From: Acidimicrobiales bacterium
GTDB taxonomy: Bacteria; Actinomycetota; Acidimicrobiia; Acidimicrobiales; MedAcidi-G1
NCBI GenBank assembly: GCA_029242745.1
Contig: JAQWTI010000034.1
Span: 24 to 64,023 of the forward strand
Length of the DNA stretch: 64,000 nucleotides
Direction of reading: 5' to 3'
The notes under the pieces are model-generated. The model was not told where the DNA came from, made no database searches, and worked only from the letters and a program-made list of their open reading frames with translations. Below, piece by piece: positions 46,675-55,962 of this stretch (the stretch's first letter is position 1; each line of letters begins with the position of its first letter). The position numbers and the translations under genes were made by a program.

Positions 46675-47559
46675 GTGTCCTCGAGGGAGCAGGCATCTAA
46701 CGTCGTTCCAGTGGAGACTCCAACACCGCGTCCTGCACCAGTTGATTCTGGTGAACGGAGTGCTGCTCAACCAGTTGTTTGTTATCCGCCCGATCAACTT
46801 CCAATACTTGATTGGATCTCAATCGCCGCTGCGCGGGCAGGCCAAAAAAGAGTTGCGGAGGTAGTGGTTCCCCCAAGAGAGGCCCGTGTTTTCGAAGTCA
46901 AGGCGGGTCAGTTCTTCCGGATTGTAAGTATCGAAGGCTCACAAGTCGGTGACCTCAATCTTCACCATGCCCTTGACCTGACCGAGCGGTTCTTTTCTGG
47001 CAAAACTCGGGCGTTACACGGCACCCACTTGACGACCGGAGACCGGCTGTGGAGCACCTTTCCCCATTTACGCCCCCTTGCCACCATCACTGATGACACG
47101 CTGGACTGGTATGGGTATGACGCTGACGGAGGTGGTGTCCATGACGTAATTGGTACTCGTTGCGACCCGTACACGCATCGACTTCTAGGGGGAGGCCAGT
47201 ACCACAACTGCTGCCATTCCAATCTCACCCGAGCGTTGGCGGCTTACTCGGGCACTAGTGAGCGCGAAGTTGAGCACTTGGTGCATGACGTGCTGAATGT
47301 CTTCATGTGCACTGGATTCTCCCTGGACCTGCACCAATACTTCATGAAAGCCAGCCCTGCCCGACCTGGTGACCATCTTGAGTTCCTCGCCGACGTAGAT
47401 CTGCTCGGTGTCCTGTCGGCCTGTCCCGGTGGTGACTGCAGCGAAGAACACTCGTCTGATGTGGCGGTATGCCACCCACTTCTCGTGGAGATATTCGATG
47501 GGCCGCCACCTCTCGGCTGGCTGCCAGCGGAAGCATCGGATTATGTCTGGCCAGCATGA
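46675..47559 (+). CDS. DUF1989 (urea-carboxylase-associated / YcgI-like) protein
   Basis: VPPREARVFEVKAGQFFRIVSIEGSQVGDL...NCCHSNL...LGVLSACP pattern recalled from DUF1989. Start uncertain. Confidence 0.6.
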   Translation: MSSREQASNVVPVETPTPRPAPVDSGERSAAQPVVCYPPDQLPILDWISIAAARAGQKRVAEVVVPPREARVFEVKAGQFFRIVSIEGSQVGDLNLHHALDLTERFFSGKTRALHGTHLTTGDRLWSTFPHLRPLATITDDTLDWYGYDADGGGVHDVIGTRCDPYTHRLLGGGQYHNCCHSNLTRALAAYSGTSEREVEHLVHDVLNVFMCTGFSLDLHQYFMKASPARPGDHLEFLADVDLLGVLSACPGGDCSEEHSSDVAVCHPLLVEIFDGPPPLGWLPAEASDYVWPA

Positions 47560-47569
47560 TGAGTGGTAC

Positions 47570-48742
47570 TTAAGTTCGTAAGAACGCCCCAACAGTTTCG
47601 ACGTGAGACGTATCGGGGAATAGGTCAACGATAATTAAACGAGTGAGGGTTAGTCCAGCCACTGCCAGTAAGGCCGCGTCTCGAGCGAACGAAGAGTGAT
47701 CACAACTTATCAAGATGAGCAAATCTGGTTGGGAGCCAAGAAGGGCTTTAACGCTGGCATGCCCTAAGCCCGCCCGGGCTGGGTCTGCTAGAACAGTCGC
47801 GGCAGGAGTCGCCCGCCAACTTTCAACAGAAGAACCCACGATACGAGCACCACTGTCCGCAAGATTGATTCGGGCGTCAGCAAGCGAGTCTGCGCTGCGT
47901 TCAACGGCGGTGACAGGGCGATCTACTCCAACCGTGCCTGCGAATATTCCAACCCCTGCAAAGGCGTCAATCATTGGTCCGTCCGAGCCGTAGTCGCTTA
48001 CCATTTGCTGGACTATTTGGACGAGGGCGTCTACGGCCGCCGGCCGGTTCTGGAAAAAGGACCGAGCAGAGACCCTCCAACGTCGCCCACCGGCTTCTTC
48101 ATGGATCCAAGCACGTTTTCCGCCCGCAAGTTCAGCCTTACTGACTTTCAACACGTCGGAGGGCACTGTTAGTTCAGCGGTATCACCATCCACGAGCACG
48201 AGCCGCTCACCGGTCCGAGCACCCACTCGAAGGGTTGCACCGGACGCATCACCAAACCGGCCTTCAACAAGCAACTCTTCCAAGATGGGATCAACAGCGC
48301 TGCAGTCCTCAGGGACAACCAGTTCATTAGATCCGGCAATTCGGTAAGCGGCCCGACCGCCAATTACGCCTACTTGTACGGTGGTCCGACCCTCATCATT
48401 GATGAGCGCGTGAAACTCGGGGTCAGGTGCGAGAACTTCAGAGCGTTCGAGCTGGTCGACGACCATGCTCAGTTTCATAGCAGTTTGATGGTCTTTGGCG
48501 ACGTGGAGCAGATCGCAGCCACCACAACCAGCAGTTCGGTGGTTGCACGACACATCGACTCGATGTGGGGACGGTTCAAGCATCTGAACAATCTGTGCGC
48601 GTGCCCAGCGCCTATCCATGTGGTCTACACGGGCCCGCACAACTTCGCCAGGAAGTCCTCCTTCTACGAATATCACCCGCCCATCTTCGGCCCGAGCTAC
48701 TCCTGCGCCGTCGCGCGCAGTGGCGGTAATCACGAGTTCCAT
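47570..48742 (-). CDS. SAM-dependent RNA (uracil-5)-methyltransferase, RumA/TrmA family with TRAM domain
   Basis: N-terminal TRAM-like barrel, Cys cluster (CNHRTAGCGGCDLLH), SAM motif DAFAGVG, C-terminal ISCD...VDLFPDTSHVE. Confidence 0.75.
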   Translation of the reverse strand: MELVITATARDGAGVARAEDGRVIFVEGGLPGEVVRARVDHMDRRWARAQIVQMLEPSPHRVDVSCNHRTAGCGGCDLLHVAKDHQTAMKLSMVVDQLERSEVLAPDPEFHALINDEGRTTVQVGVIGGRAAYRIAGSNELVVPEDCSAVDPILEELLVEGRFGDASGATLRVGARTGERLVLVDGDTAELTVPSDVLKVSKAELAGGKRAWIHEEAGGRRWRVSARSFFQNRPAAVDALVQIVQQMVSDYGSDGPMIDAFAGVGIFAGTVGVDRPVTAVERSADSLADARINLADSGARIVGSSVESWRATPAATVLADPARAGLGHASVKALLGSQPDLLILISCDHSSFARDAALLAVAGLTLTRLIIVDLFPDTSHVETVGAFLRT

Positions 48743-48820
48743 CCGCTGACCGTAGCCGGGGTCTACCTTTACTGCGGACCGATCAAATAGTTCGGCAAGG
48801 CCAATAAAGGAGAAACAAGA

Positions 48821-49186
48821 ATGCAGGAATCCACATGGGCGTCAATCATGGCTACTAGGAGCAGGGCGGGAAACTCTCTTGTCCTTCCTTTTGTAATCCT
48901 CCACAGTGTGGTGTTGGTGATACTCGCCTTTGAGAGCGCTGCCCTCGACGCTTCGAGCGTGCAGCTGGTCCTTGCTGCATCGACAGTGATTGGAACCCTC
49001 TGGCTCACCATCAACTTTGATTCAGTCTTTGCGGACTTTGACGCGCTTACCAAGGACATGAGCGAGAGCGTTGCCTCTTCGAATCTTGGCCGCAACTGGG
49101 CCCGGATGCCGATCGGAGCAATGCGAGTCATGGGAATAGCATTTTCTGCGATCCTCGTAATCGTCGAGTTGCTGGCGATTTATTAG
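48821..49186 (+). CDS. hypothetical membrane protein
   Basis: AAAGGAG RBS 8-9 nt upstream. Three hydrophobic helices. No family recognised. Confidence 0.45.
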   Translation: MQESTWASIMATRSRAGNSLVLPFVILHSVVLVILAFESAALDASSVQLVLAASTVIGTLWLTINFDSVFADFDALTKDMSESVASSNLGRNWARMPIGAMRVMGIAFSAILVIVELLAIY

Positions 49187-49566
49187 ATCCAGCGTTCACG
49201 ACTGAAGTGATGGGAAGAGAGGGATCAGGTCGCATTACCTAATCCAAGGCACTTACAACACCAGTGGGACCACGGGGCTTGTAACAGAAGGAGGTACTAG
49301 CCGCATCACGGAGGCCGCTGCGCTGATCAGGGAACTCGGTAGCACCCTTGAGTGCTTGTATTTCGTTTGGGGGAGCGACGATGTGGTGGGCATATGCGAA
49401 AACCTGACGATGCCTCGGCTGTTGGGGCGAGTTTGGCAGTGTCGTCGAGTGGCAAGGTTGGTGTGAGAATGACCCCGCTACTCGATCCGACGGCCCTTGA
49501 CGCCGCCGCCGAAATGGCCCGGGCAGTTACCTATCGTGCCCCCGGGAACTGACCAACAGTATTTCT

Positions 49567-49610
49567 GGACCTACATTTCCCGGCTGAAATCAGCCGGGAA
49601 ATGTAGGTCC
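49567..49610. terminator. perfect 20-bp-stem hairpin (4-nt loop), no U-tract
   Basis: ggacctacatttcccggctg-aaat-cagccgggaaatgtaggtcc read directly. Lies 75 nt downstream of the minus-strand nitrilase stop, between convergent genes. Confidence 0.4.
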
Positions 49611-49684
49611 AGGGATTGGGTCCGTCTGGAGCTCTTTGCAGTTTTCTTGATTGGGCCACGAGCCGAACGCTCCTGACAAGATCG

Positions 49685-50596
49685 TCAGGCTGTATAGCGG
49701 GAACGGTTCACCTCTAGGTGTAGGACATCGGGTCGGCTGTAGTGACCTGTGGGGTCAAAGTTCTGGCGGTGGCGTGCGACTTCCTCCAAGTCAAGATCAG
49801 CCCAAACGATTCCCTTGTCGTTCCGCACAGGTTCCACAATCCACTTGCCGTCTGGGCCCGCTATGCAAGTTCCTCCGTTGTGGTATTCCTGTCCAGCCTC
49901 CAGTTGGTCTCGAAGAGGGAAGTCGCGGGGAATCATGTTGTTCTCGTAGACGCCGCCCACACTGATTACGAACATACGCCCTTCCTTCGCTACGAACCTC
50001 GTGACATCTTCTGTAAGGCCAACTGAACCAGGCCAGGCCGCTACATGAACCTGTGAGCCAGTGGCATACATAGCGGTTCTGGCCAAGGGCATCCAATTCT
50101 CCCAGCAGTTCAGGCCGGTAATCAGGGTGCCCATGTGACTGTGCGCCACGAGTCCAGCGCCGTCTCCGTCGGCCCATAACAGGCGCTCACCGTGGGTGGG
50201 CTTCAGTTTCCGGTGGACACCAATGACACCGACGTGCGGGTCTATAGCCACGAGGGAGCAGTACACAGATCCGCCTGAGGCTGCGCGCTCAACCACACCT
50301 AAGTAGGTGAATGCGCCAGAGTCACGAACGGCACCGACAACGGAAGTGAACTCATCTCCGTCAAGGTCAACTGACTGGTCAAGGTATAGGGCAAAAGCCT
50401 CTTGTTGGGCGGTCTCTTCCCAAGCCGATGCGTTCGTCAAATCCAACCACACTGGGTAACCACTGACGAAAACCTCTGGAAAGGCAATCAGATTGGCACC
50501 ACCGGCGGCAGCCTCAATAATGCGTTCACACACCCTTTCAATCGTGCCTGAACGATCTAGAAACATTGGCGAGTCTTGGACAGCAGCAATGCGCAT
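49685..50596 (-). CDS. nitrilase-superfamily carbon-nitrogen hydrolase (nitrilase-like)
   Basis: MRIAAVQ...FPEVFVSGYP (catalytic Glu), HRKLKPT (Lys), GLNCWENW (Cys). The ORF track opens at 50617. Confidence 0.85.
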   Translation of the reverse strand: MRIAAVQDSPMFLDRSGTIERVCERIIEAAAGGANLIAFPEVFVSGYPVWLDLTNASAWEETAQQEAFALYLDQSVDLDGDEFTSVVGAVRDSGAFTYLGVVERAASGGSVYCSLVAIDPHVGVIGVHRKLKPTHGERLLWADGDGAGLVAHSHMGTLITGLNCWENWMPLARTAMYATGSQVHVAAWPGSVGLTEDVTRFVAKEGRMFVISVGGVYENNMIPRDFPLRDQLEAGQEYHNGGTCIAGPDGKWIVEPVRNDKGIVWADLDLEEVARHRQNFDPTGHYSRPDVLHLEVNRSRYTA

Positions 50597-50620
50597 CGTG
50601 TTACGGCCTCGATTCAATTT

Positions 50621-52186
50621 TCATTTGGTGGACTTGGTCCGCAAGTTGGGAGCGTCGAACGACATGACCCCGTCGTCAATCGCCCCTCGTCTAATCATCT
50701 TGACATCGCGCCGGTAGTCCTGAGGGTTCAGCCACGGTTCTCTATCCCCTTGTCGGGGAAGCAAGTGCATCGAGCGTTGCATGTAGCCGGCTGGAAAGTC
50801 CTCGATCCATTGGCGTTCTGGCATTTCGGCATCCTCGAGTCGAAGATTGGGGGTGCAACGTGTGGCTTTAACGGCGGCCATGTGGTTGAGCAACCGACAC
50901 ACATACTCAGAGGTGAGATCAGCCTTTAGCGTCCAAGATGCGTTGACGTAACCGAAGGTTGAAACCAGATTTGGGATTCCCGAATATGCCAGACCCCGGT
51001 AAGTCCAGGTGCGGCTGAAATCCACCAACTGGCCATCAACTTCAAATTCCATCTCCCCAAGCGTCACGAGATTTAGTCCGGTAGCAGTAACAATGAGGTC
51101 AGCTTCCAGTTCTAGTCCAGATGAGAGGCGAAGGCCCTTTTCTGTAAAGGTTTCAATCTGCTCGGTGACGATGGACACTTTTCCTGAGCGAATGGTCTTA
51201 AACAGATCGCCGTCGCGTATGAGGCAGAGTCGTTGGTCCCAGGGGTTGTAGGAGGGACTGAAGTGCCTATCAACGTCGTAATCGGGGCCAAGCCCTTCAC
51301 GGACTCCCGCCAGCAAAAGCTTTCTGACTTTGTCGGGTTCCGTGCGTGTCTTGCGATATACGAGACCTTGGTTAAAGATGTTCTTCCGACGAATAACGGC
51401 GTATGCAAGCCGATCGGGCAGGAACTTTCGTATACGGTTTGCGATTGCGTCGCGAGCGGGACGGGCCACTACGTAGGTAGGAGAGCGCTGGACCATCGTT
51501 ACATGTGCTGCAGTTTCTGCTAGGGCTGGAACCAGAGTCATGGCCGTAGCTCCTGATCCGATGACCACTATGCGCTGCCCATTGTAATCAATATCTTCCG
51601 GCCAATTCTGAGGGTGGATAATGGTCCCCTGGAAGTCATCTCGGCCAGAAAAAGCCGGGGTATAACCCTCGCGGTAGCTGTAATACCCGGAACACATAAA
51701 CAAGAAGCCACAGGTGAGCGTGGTGGTTTGAACCGCTCCTGAAGTTGTGTCTGTGCGCTCTGCAGTCACCGTCCATTGTGCCTCCGTACTGGACCATTGG
51801 GCCTTGGAGACCTTGTGGCTGAAACGGATATGTCGGGCTAAGTCGTTTTCGCTCACGACCTCGTTGAGGTAGTCGAGAATCACCGCCCCGTCAGCAATCG
51901 ACTTCTCGTGCTTCCAAGGCTTGAACCGGTAGCCGAGAGTGTGCATGTCGCTGTCCGAACGTACCCCGGGGTAGCGAAATAGGTCCCACGTACCACCAAG
52001 CGCAGGCCGGCCTTCTAGCAGGGCAAAGCTGGCGTTGGGGCAGCGCTCCTGAAGATGGACGGCACCACCAATACCCGAGATACCGGCACCAACAATCAGG
52101 ACATCTAAATGTTCTTGAGTCACGTGTTCCGCCTGCTGAACATCAGACACGGGGTATTCCGATTGCAAGTCGGCTGTGGTTGCCAT
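50621..52186 (-). CDS. type I Baeyer-Villiger / flavin-containing monooxygenase (EthA-like)
   Basis: GAGISGIG FAD motif, BVMO fingerprint FQGTIIHPQNWP, second Rossmann motif GSGATA. Start is ambiguous (52186, 52192 or TTG 52219). Confidence 0.85.
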   Translation of the reverse strand: MATTADLQSEYPVSDVQQAEHVTQEHLDVLIVGAGISGIGGAVHLQERCPNASFALLEGRPALGGTWDLFRYPGVRSDSDMHTLGYRFKPWKHEKSIADGAVILDYLNEVVSENDLARHIRFSHKVSKAQWSSTEAQWTVTAERTDTTSGAVQTTTLTCGFLFMCSGYYSYREGYTPAFSGRDDFQGTIIHPQNWPEDIDYNGQRIVVIGSGATAMTLVPALAETAAHVTMVQRSPTYVVARPARDAIANRIRKFLPDRLAYAVIRRKNIFNQGLVYRKTRTEPDKVRKLLLAGVREGLGPDYDVDRHFSPSYNPWDQRLCLIRDGDLFKTIRSGKVSIVTEQIETFTEKGLRLSSGLELEADLIVTATGLNLVTLGEMEFEVDGQLVDFSRTWTYRGLAYSGIPNLVSTFGYVNASWTLKADLTSEYVCRLLNHMAAVKATRCTPNLRLEDAEMPERQWIEDFPAGYMQRSMHLLPRQGDREPWLNPQDYRRDVKMIRRGAIDDGVMSFDAPNLRTKSTK

Positions 52187-52464
52187 AGCCATGACCTTAC
52201 GGAAGCAGTGGGGGAGCAAGGGAAGCGGGGATGGGTGTTGGTTGAGTATCCCTGTTGAAGTTGGATGGAGTTACCTAGCCCATGGACGACGCCATAGCAT
52301 TGAACGATTATTGCGGTAGAGGGTGGGGTGGACTCATGGCAGATTTGACACGAAGTGCTGCGGTAAGCGCAGAGACAATGCCTTTGTGCGGAATTTCAAT
52401 CGAAGGTGTCTTGGAGTGGGCGCTGAATTCTTGTGAAACCCTCGCTCTGGGCAGAGGCTGAAGC

Positions 52465-53364
52465 GTGTCGCGCACTCACTTGAACCAGTTGGAAGCTGAG
52501 GCCGTCCACGTTATGCGAGAGGTCGTCTCTCAGTGCGACAACCCGGTGATGCTTTACTCCATTGGCAAGGATTCCTCGGTGCTCCTACACCTCGCCCGTA
52601 AAGCATTTGCACCGGGCCCCATCCCTTTTCCACTGCTGCACATCGATACCACTTGGAAGTTTCGACAGATGATCGAGTTTCGTGACCGGATCACTGCCAG
52701 CCTGGGTGTTGACTTGATAGTCCACTCAAACCCTCAGGGAGTGGCAGACAGAATTAATCCATTCGACCACGGTTCGAGGAATTACACCGACATCATGAAG
52801 ACTCAGGCGCTACGCCAAGCGTTGGATGCCGGAAGATATGACGCAGCGTTTGGTGGGGCCCGGCGTGACGAGGAACGGGCTCGAGCCAAGGAACGAATCT
52901 TCAGTTTTCGAGATCGACACCATAGGTGGGACCCGAAGGCTCAGCGTCCTGAACTCTGGAGCCTCTACAACGGTCGGGTCGAACGAGGTGAAAGCATTCG
53001 GGTCTTTCCGATCAGCAACTGGACCGAGTTGGACGTATGGCAGTACATCCACTTAGAGGGTATTGAAATTGTTCCGCTCTATCGTTCGGCCATCCGGCCA
53101 GTGGTGGAGCGCGGTGGAACACTCATCATGGTCGATGATGACCGTTTCCAGTTTGTGGACAAAGAAAAGCCAGAGATGCGCTCGGTGCGTTTTCGTACGT
53201 TGGGTTGTTACCCGTTGTCGGGTGCTGTCGAATCAACGGCTGTCACGATTCCTGAAATAATTCAGGAGATGCTCTTAGCGACTCGGTCTGAACGCGAGGG
53301 TCGAGTAATTGACCATGACCAGTCGGACTCAATGGAGGAGAAAAAACGCGAGGGTTACTTCTAA
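52465..53364 (+). CDS. cysD: sulfate adenylyltransferase subunit 2
   Basis: GTG start. [12 protein letters not shown]..., PAPS-reductase-fold SIGKDSSV, C-terminal [10 protein letters not shown] typical of CysD. Confidence 0.9.
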   Translation: MSRTHLNQLEAEAVHVMREVVSQCDNPVMLYSIGKDSSVLLHLARKAFAPGPIPFPLLHIDTTWKFRQMIEFRDRITASLGVDLIVHSNPQGVADRINPFDHGSRNYTDIMKTQALRQALDAGRYDAAFGGARRDEERARAKERIFSFRDRHHRWDPKAQRPELWSLYNGRVERGESIRVFPISNWTELDVWQYIHLEGIEIVPLYRSAIRPVVERGGTLIMVDDDRFQFVDKEKPEMRSVRFRTLGCYPLSGAVESTAVTIPEIIQEMLLATRSEREGRVIDHDQSDSMEEKKREGYF

Positions 53365-55283
53365 TGTTGGAATCCTCGGACCTGATTGCCACCGATATCG
53401 AGACGTACCTTTCCGAACACGAACGTAAAGGCCTTCTGCGTTTCCTCACTTGCGGCAGTGTGGATGACGGAAAATCCACACTTATTGGGCGCTTACTCCA
53501 TGATACGAAGCTGATCTACGAGGACCAGTTGCTGGGGTTAAGGGCCGACTCCGCAATCATGGGTTCAGCAGGTGATCGCCTCGATTTGGCTCTACTTATG
53601 GATGGGCTTAAGGCTGAGCGGGAGCAAGGAATTACCATCGATGTTGCCTACCGCTACTTCTCCACCACTCGTCGCAAGTTCATCGTGGCGGACACACCTG
53701 GCCATGAGCAGTACACCCGGAACATGGCGACCGGCGCGTCGAACTGCGAACTAGCGGTGATTCTGATTGACGCACGCAGTGGGGTGTTGAATCAGACTCG
53801 TCGCCACAGTTGCATCTCGAGCTTGCTGGGCATCCGAAATGTGGTGGTGGCTATCAACAAGATGGACTTAGTGGATTGGTCTGCTGAGCGGTTTCACGAA
53901 ATCAAAGATGAGTATCAGGCTTTCTCTAAAGAACTGAACTTTACCGACACCTACTTTGTACCTATGTCGGCGCTGCTGGGAGACAACGTCGTTGAACAAA
54001 GCGGTCATCTCACCTGGTTTGACGGACCGCCCTTGATGGAATACCTGGAGACGGTGGAGGTCGGCGGGGCAGATGGCCTTGAAGATCTTCGCTTTCCCGT
54101 TCAGTTGGTAGTCCGTCCAGACTTGGACTTTCGCGGATTCGCGGGCACGGTGGCTGCTGGTGTTTTGCACCCTGGAGACGCCGTCGTAGCGCTGCCGTCC
54201 GGGGTCTCGTCAACCATCGATCGCATCGTGACATTTGTTGGTGACCAAGACGAAGCTAGAGCGGGGGACGCCATCACCGTCACACTGACAGACGAGATTG
54301 ATGTCAGCCGTGGAGACCTCTTGGTCGGAGTAGAGAACCCACCAAACATATCTCATGACATCGACGCCGTGATTGTTTGGATGGCCGACTCGACACTGGA
54401 ACCAGGTCGCCAATACCTGCTTCAGTCGGTCGCTGGACTTGGTGGCGCGTCGGTTACGGCAGTTAATTATCGAGTGGACGTCAACACGCTTGAGCAGGTC
54501 TCCGCTGACAATCTGGCCCTCAACGAGATTGGCTGCTGCGCCATCACGGTTGACAGGCCTCTGGTCTTTGATCCTTACGTAGAAAATCGCCAAACTGGAT
54601 CGTTTGTCCTTATTGACAGGATGAGCAATTCCACCCTGGCCGCTGGAATGATTCTTGGGGTGTCCTCGGGTTGGGACCGACGCCCCGATGCTGGACTGGT
54701 CCGGCAGTCATCAGAGATCGAGCCCAGCGAACGGGCAGCACGGTACGGTCAACTACCGGCAACAGTTTTGCTTACTGGGCTGACGGCGGCGGGTAAGTCG
54801 ACGATAGCCACGGCACTCGAACGACGGCTCTTCGATCGTGGTCGTGCGACGGTTCGCCTAGACGGTGAGAACATGCGTCTCGGAATCAGTCGTGACCTGA
54901 GTTTTAGTGCACAAGACCGGTCTGAGAATCTTCGGCGTGTGGCTGAAGTGGCTCGGCTAGTCAACAATCAGGGCCTGATAGCGATAGCGGCTCTAGTCGC
55001 CCCAAAGGCTGACGTACGAGAAAGGGCACGCAAACTTGTGGGAGCTGATCGCTGGATCGAGGTCTTTGTTGACACTCCCTTGGCTGTCTGCCGTGAGCGC
55101 GACCCCATGGGTTTGTATCAACAAGCCGAGGCGGAAGAGATCCAGCAGTTCCCAGGAGTGTCGGCCCCGTACGAGCGGCCCACCGATATGGATCTACGAG
55201 TGGACACGTCGGTCGACAGTGTGGAGAAATGCGTGGACTCCATCCTGGCGTTGCTCGAAAGCCGCGGGATCCTAAATGCCTAG
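53364..55283 (+). CDS. cysNC: sulfate adenylyltransferase subunit 1 (GTPase) fused to an APS-kinase-like domain
   Basis: ATG overlaps the cysD stop (TAATG). G-motifs [19 protein letters not shown]-terminal about 175 aa are APS-kinase-like with variant motifs ([18 protein letters not shown]). Confidence 0.85.
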   Translation: MLESSDLIATDIETYLSEHERKGLLRFLTCGSVDDGKSTLIGRLLHDTKLIYEDQLLGLRADSAIMGSAGDRLDLALLMDGLKAEREQGITIDVAYRYFSTTRRKFIVADTPGHEQYTRNMATGASNCELAVILIDARSGVLNQTRRHSCISSLLGIRNVVVAINKMDLVDWSAERFHEIKDEYQAFSKELNFTDTYFVPMSALLGDNVVEQSGHLTWFDGPPLMEYLETVEVGGADGLEDLRFPVQLVVRPDLDFRGFAGTVAAGVLHPGDAVVALPSGVSSTIDRIVTFVGDQDEARAGDAITVTLTDEIDVSRGDLLVGVENPPNISHDIDAVIVWMADSTLEPGRQYLLQSVAGLGGASVTAVNYRVDVNTLEQVSADNLALNEIGCCAITVDRPLVFDPYVENRQTGSFVLIDRMSNSTLAAGMILGVSSGWDRRPDAGLVRQSSEIEPSERAARYGQLPATVLLTGLTAAGKSTIATALERRLFDRGRATVRLDGENMRLGISRDLSFSAQDRSENLRRVAEVARLVNNQGLIAIAALVAPKADVRERARKLVGADRWIEVFVDTPLAVCRERDPMGLYQQAEAEEIQQFPGVSAPYERPTDMDLRVDTSVDSVEKCVDSILALLESRGILNA

Positions 55284-55902
55284 TCTCACGCCCAGTTCGG
55301 CAGGTTCGCGCAACGTCACCCGAGTAGACGGCCGTGTAGATGGCATGCAGCGTGCGGAAGTGACCGGGCACCGTGGACAAACCGTCTGGTTTACGGGCCT
55401 CTCAGGATCAGGTAAGTCAACTTTGGCGTTTGCCGTAGAAGAAGTTCTGATCGGGCGTGGTGTAGCGGCTTATGTACTTGATGGCGACAACGTACGTATG
55501 GGGCTCAACCGAGATCTGGGTTTCTCACCGAAAGAACGCTCGGAAAATATCCGTCGGGTTGGCGAAGTCTGCTGCCTGTTCCAGGATGCGGGTCTCGTGG
55601 TCTTGACTGCTTTTATTTCGCCGTACTGCTCTGATCGTGATGGCGCACGGGCCCTCCATCCAGCAGGGGCCTTTACTGAGGTGCACGTAGATACGCCGTT
55701 AGCGGTTTGCGAACAGCGTGACGTGAAGGGGCTTTACGCCAAAGCCCGATCTGGTGAAATTCCCGATTTCACGGGTATATCAGCTCCGTATGAGGCACCT
55801 ACTGCGCCCGAGTTGCGTATTGATACGAGCCAATCTCTTGATTTGTGTGTGGCGCAGGTAGTGAATTCACTGATTCTAGATGTTGCACCGAGGACGGACT
55901 AG
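55276..55902 (+). CDS. cysC: adenylylsulfate (APS) kinase
   Basis: 8-nt overlap with cysNC. Canonical [61 protein letters not shown]. Confidence 0.9.
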   Translation: MPSLTPSSAGSRNVTRVDGRVDGMQRAEVTGHRGQTVWFTGLSGSGKSTLAFAVEEVLIGRGVAAYVLDGDNVRMGLNRDLGFSPKERSENIRRVGEVCCLFQDAGLVVLTAFISPYCSDRDGARALHPAGAFTEVHVDTPLAVCEQRDVKGLYAKARSGEIPDFTGISAPYEAPTAPELRIDTSQSLDLCVAQVVNSLILDVAPRTD

Positions 55903-55962
55903 CAATATGACTTCGGGCATGTTTGTCCCGTGGCGCATTAACGACACGGTGGAGTCGGGACA

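Noticed and set aside
45910-46797. Long antisense or alternate-frame ORFs: 45910..46797 (295 aa), 17360..18130 (256 aa), 6056..6676, 12347..12877, 44289..44894, 10985..11533 and others.
   Set aside because: They lie entirely within or opposite well-supported genes, are Arg/Ser/Pro-rich with no recognisable motifs, and are the usual shadow ORFs of GC-rich coding DNA.
46478-46864. A 128-aa ORF between the Mo-hydroxylase and DUF1989 genes.
   Set aside because: It overlaps the better-supported DUF1989 frame, with no motif or RBS support.
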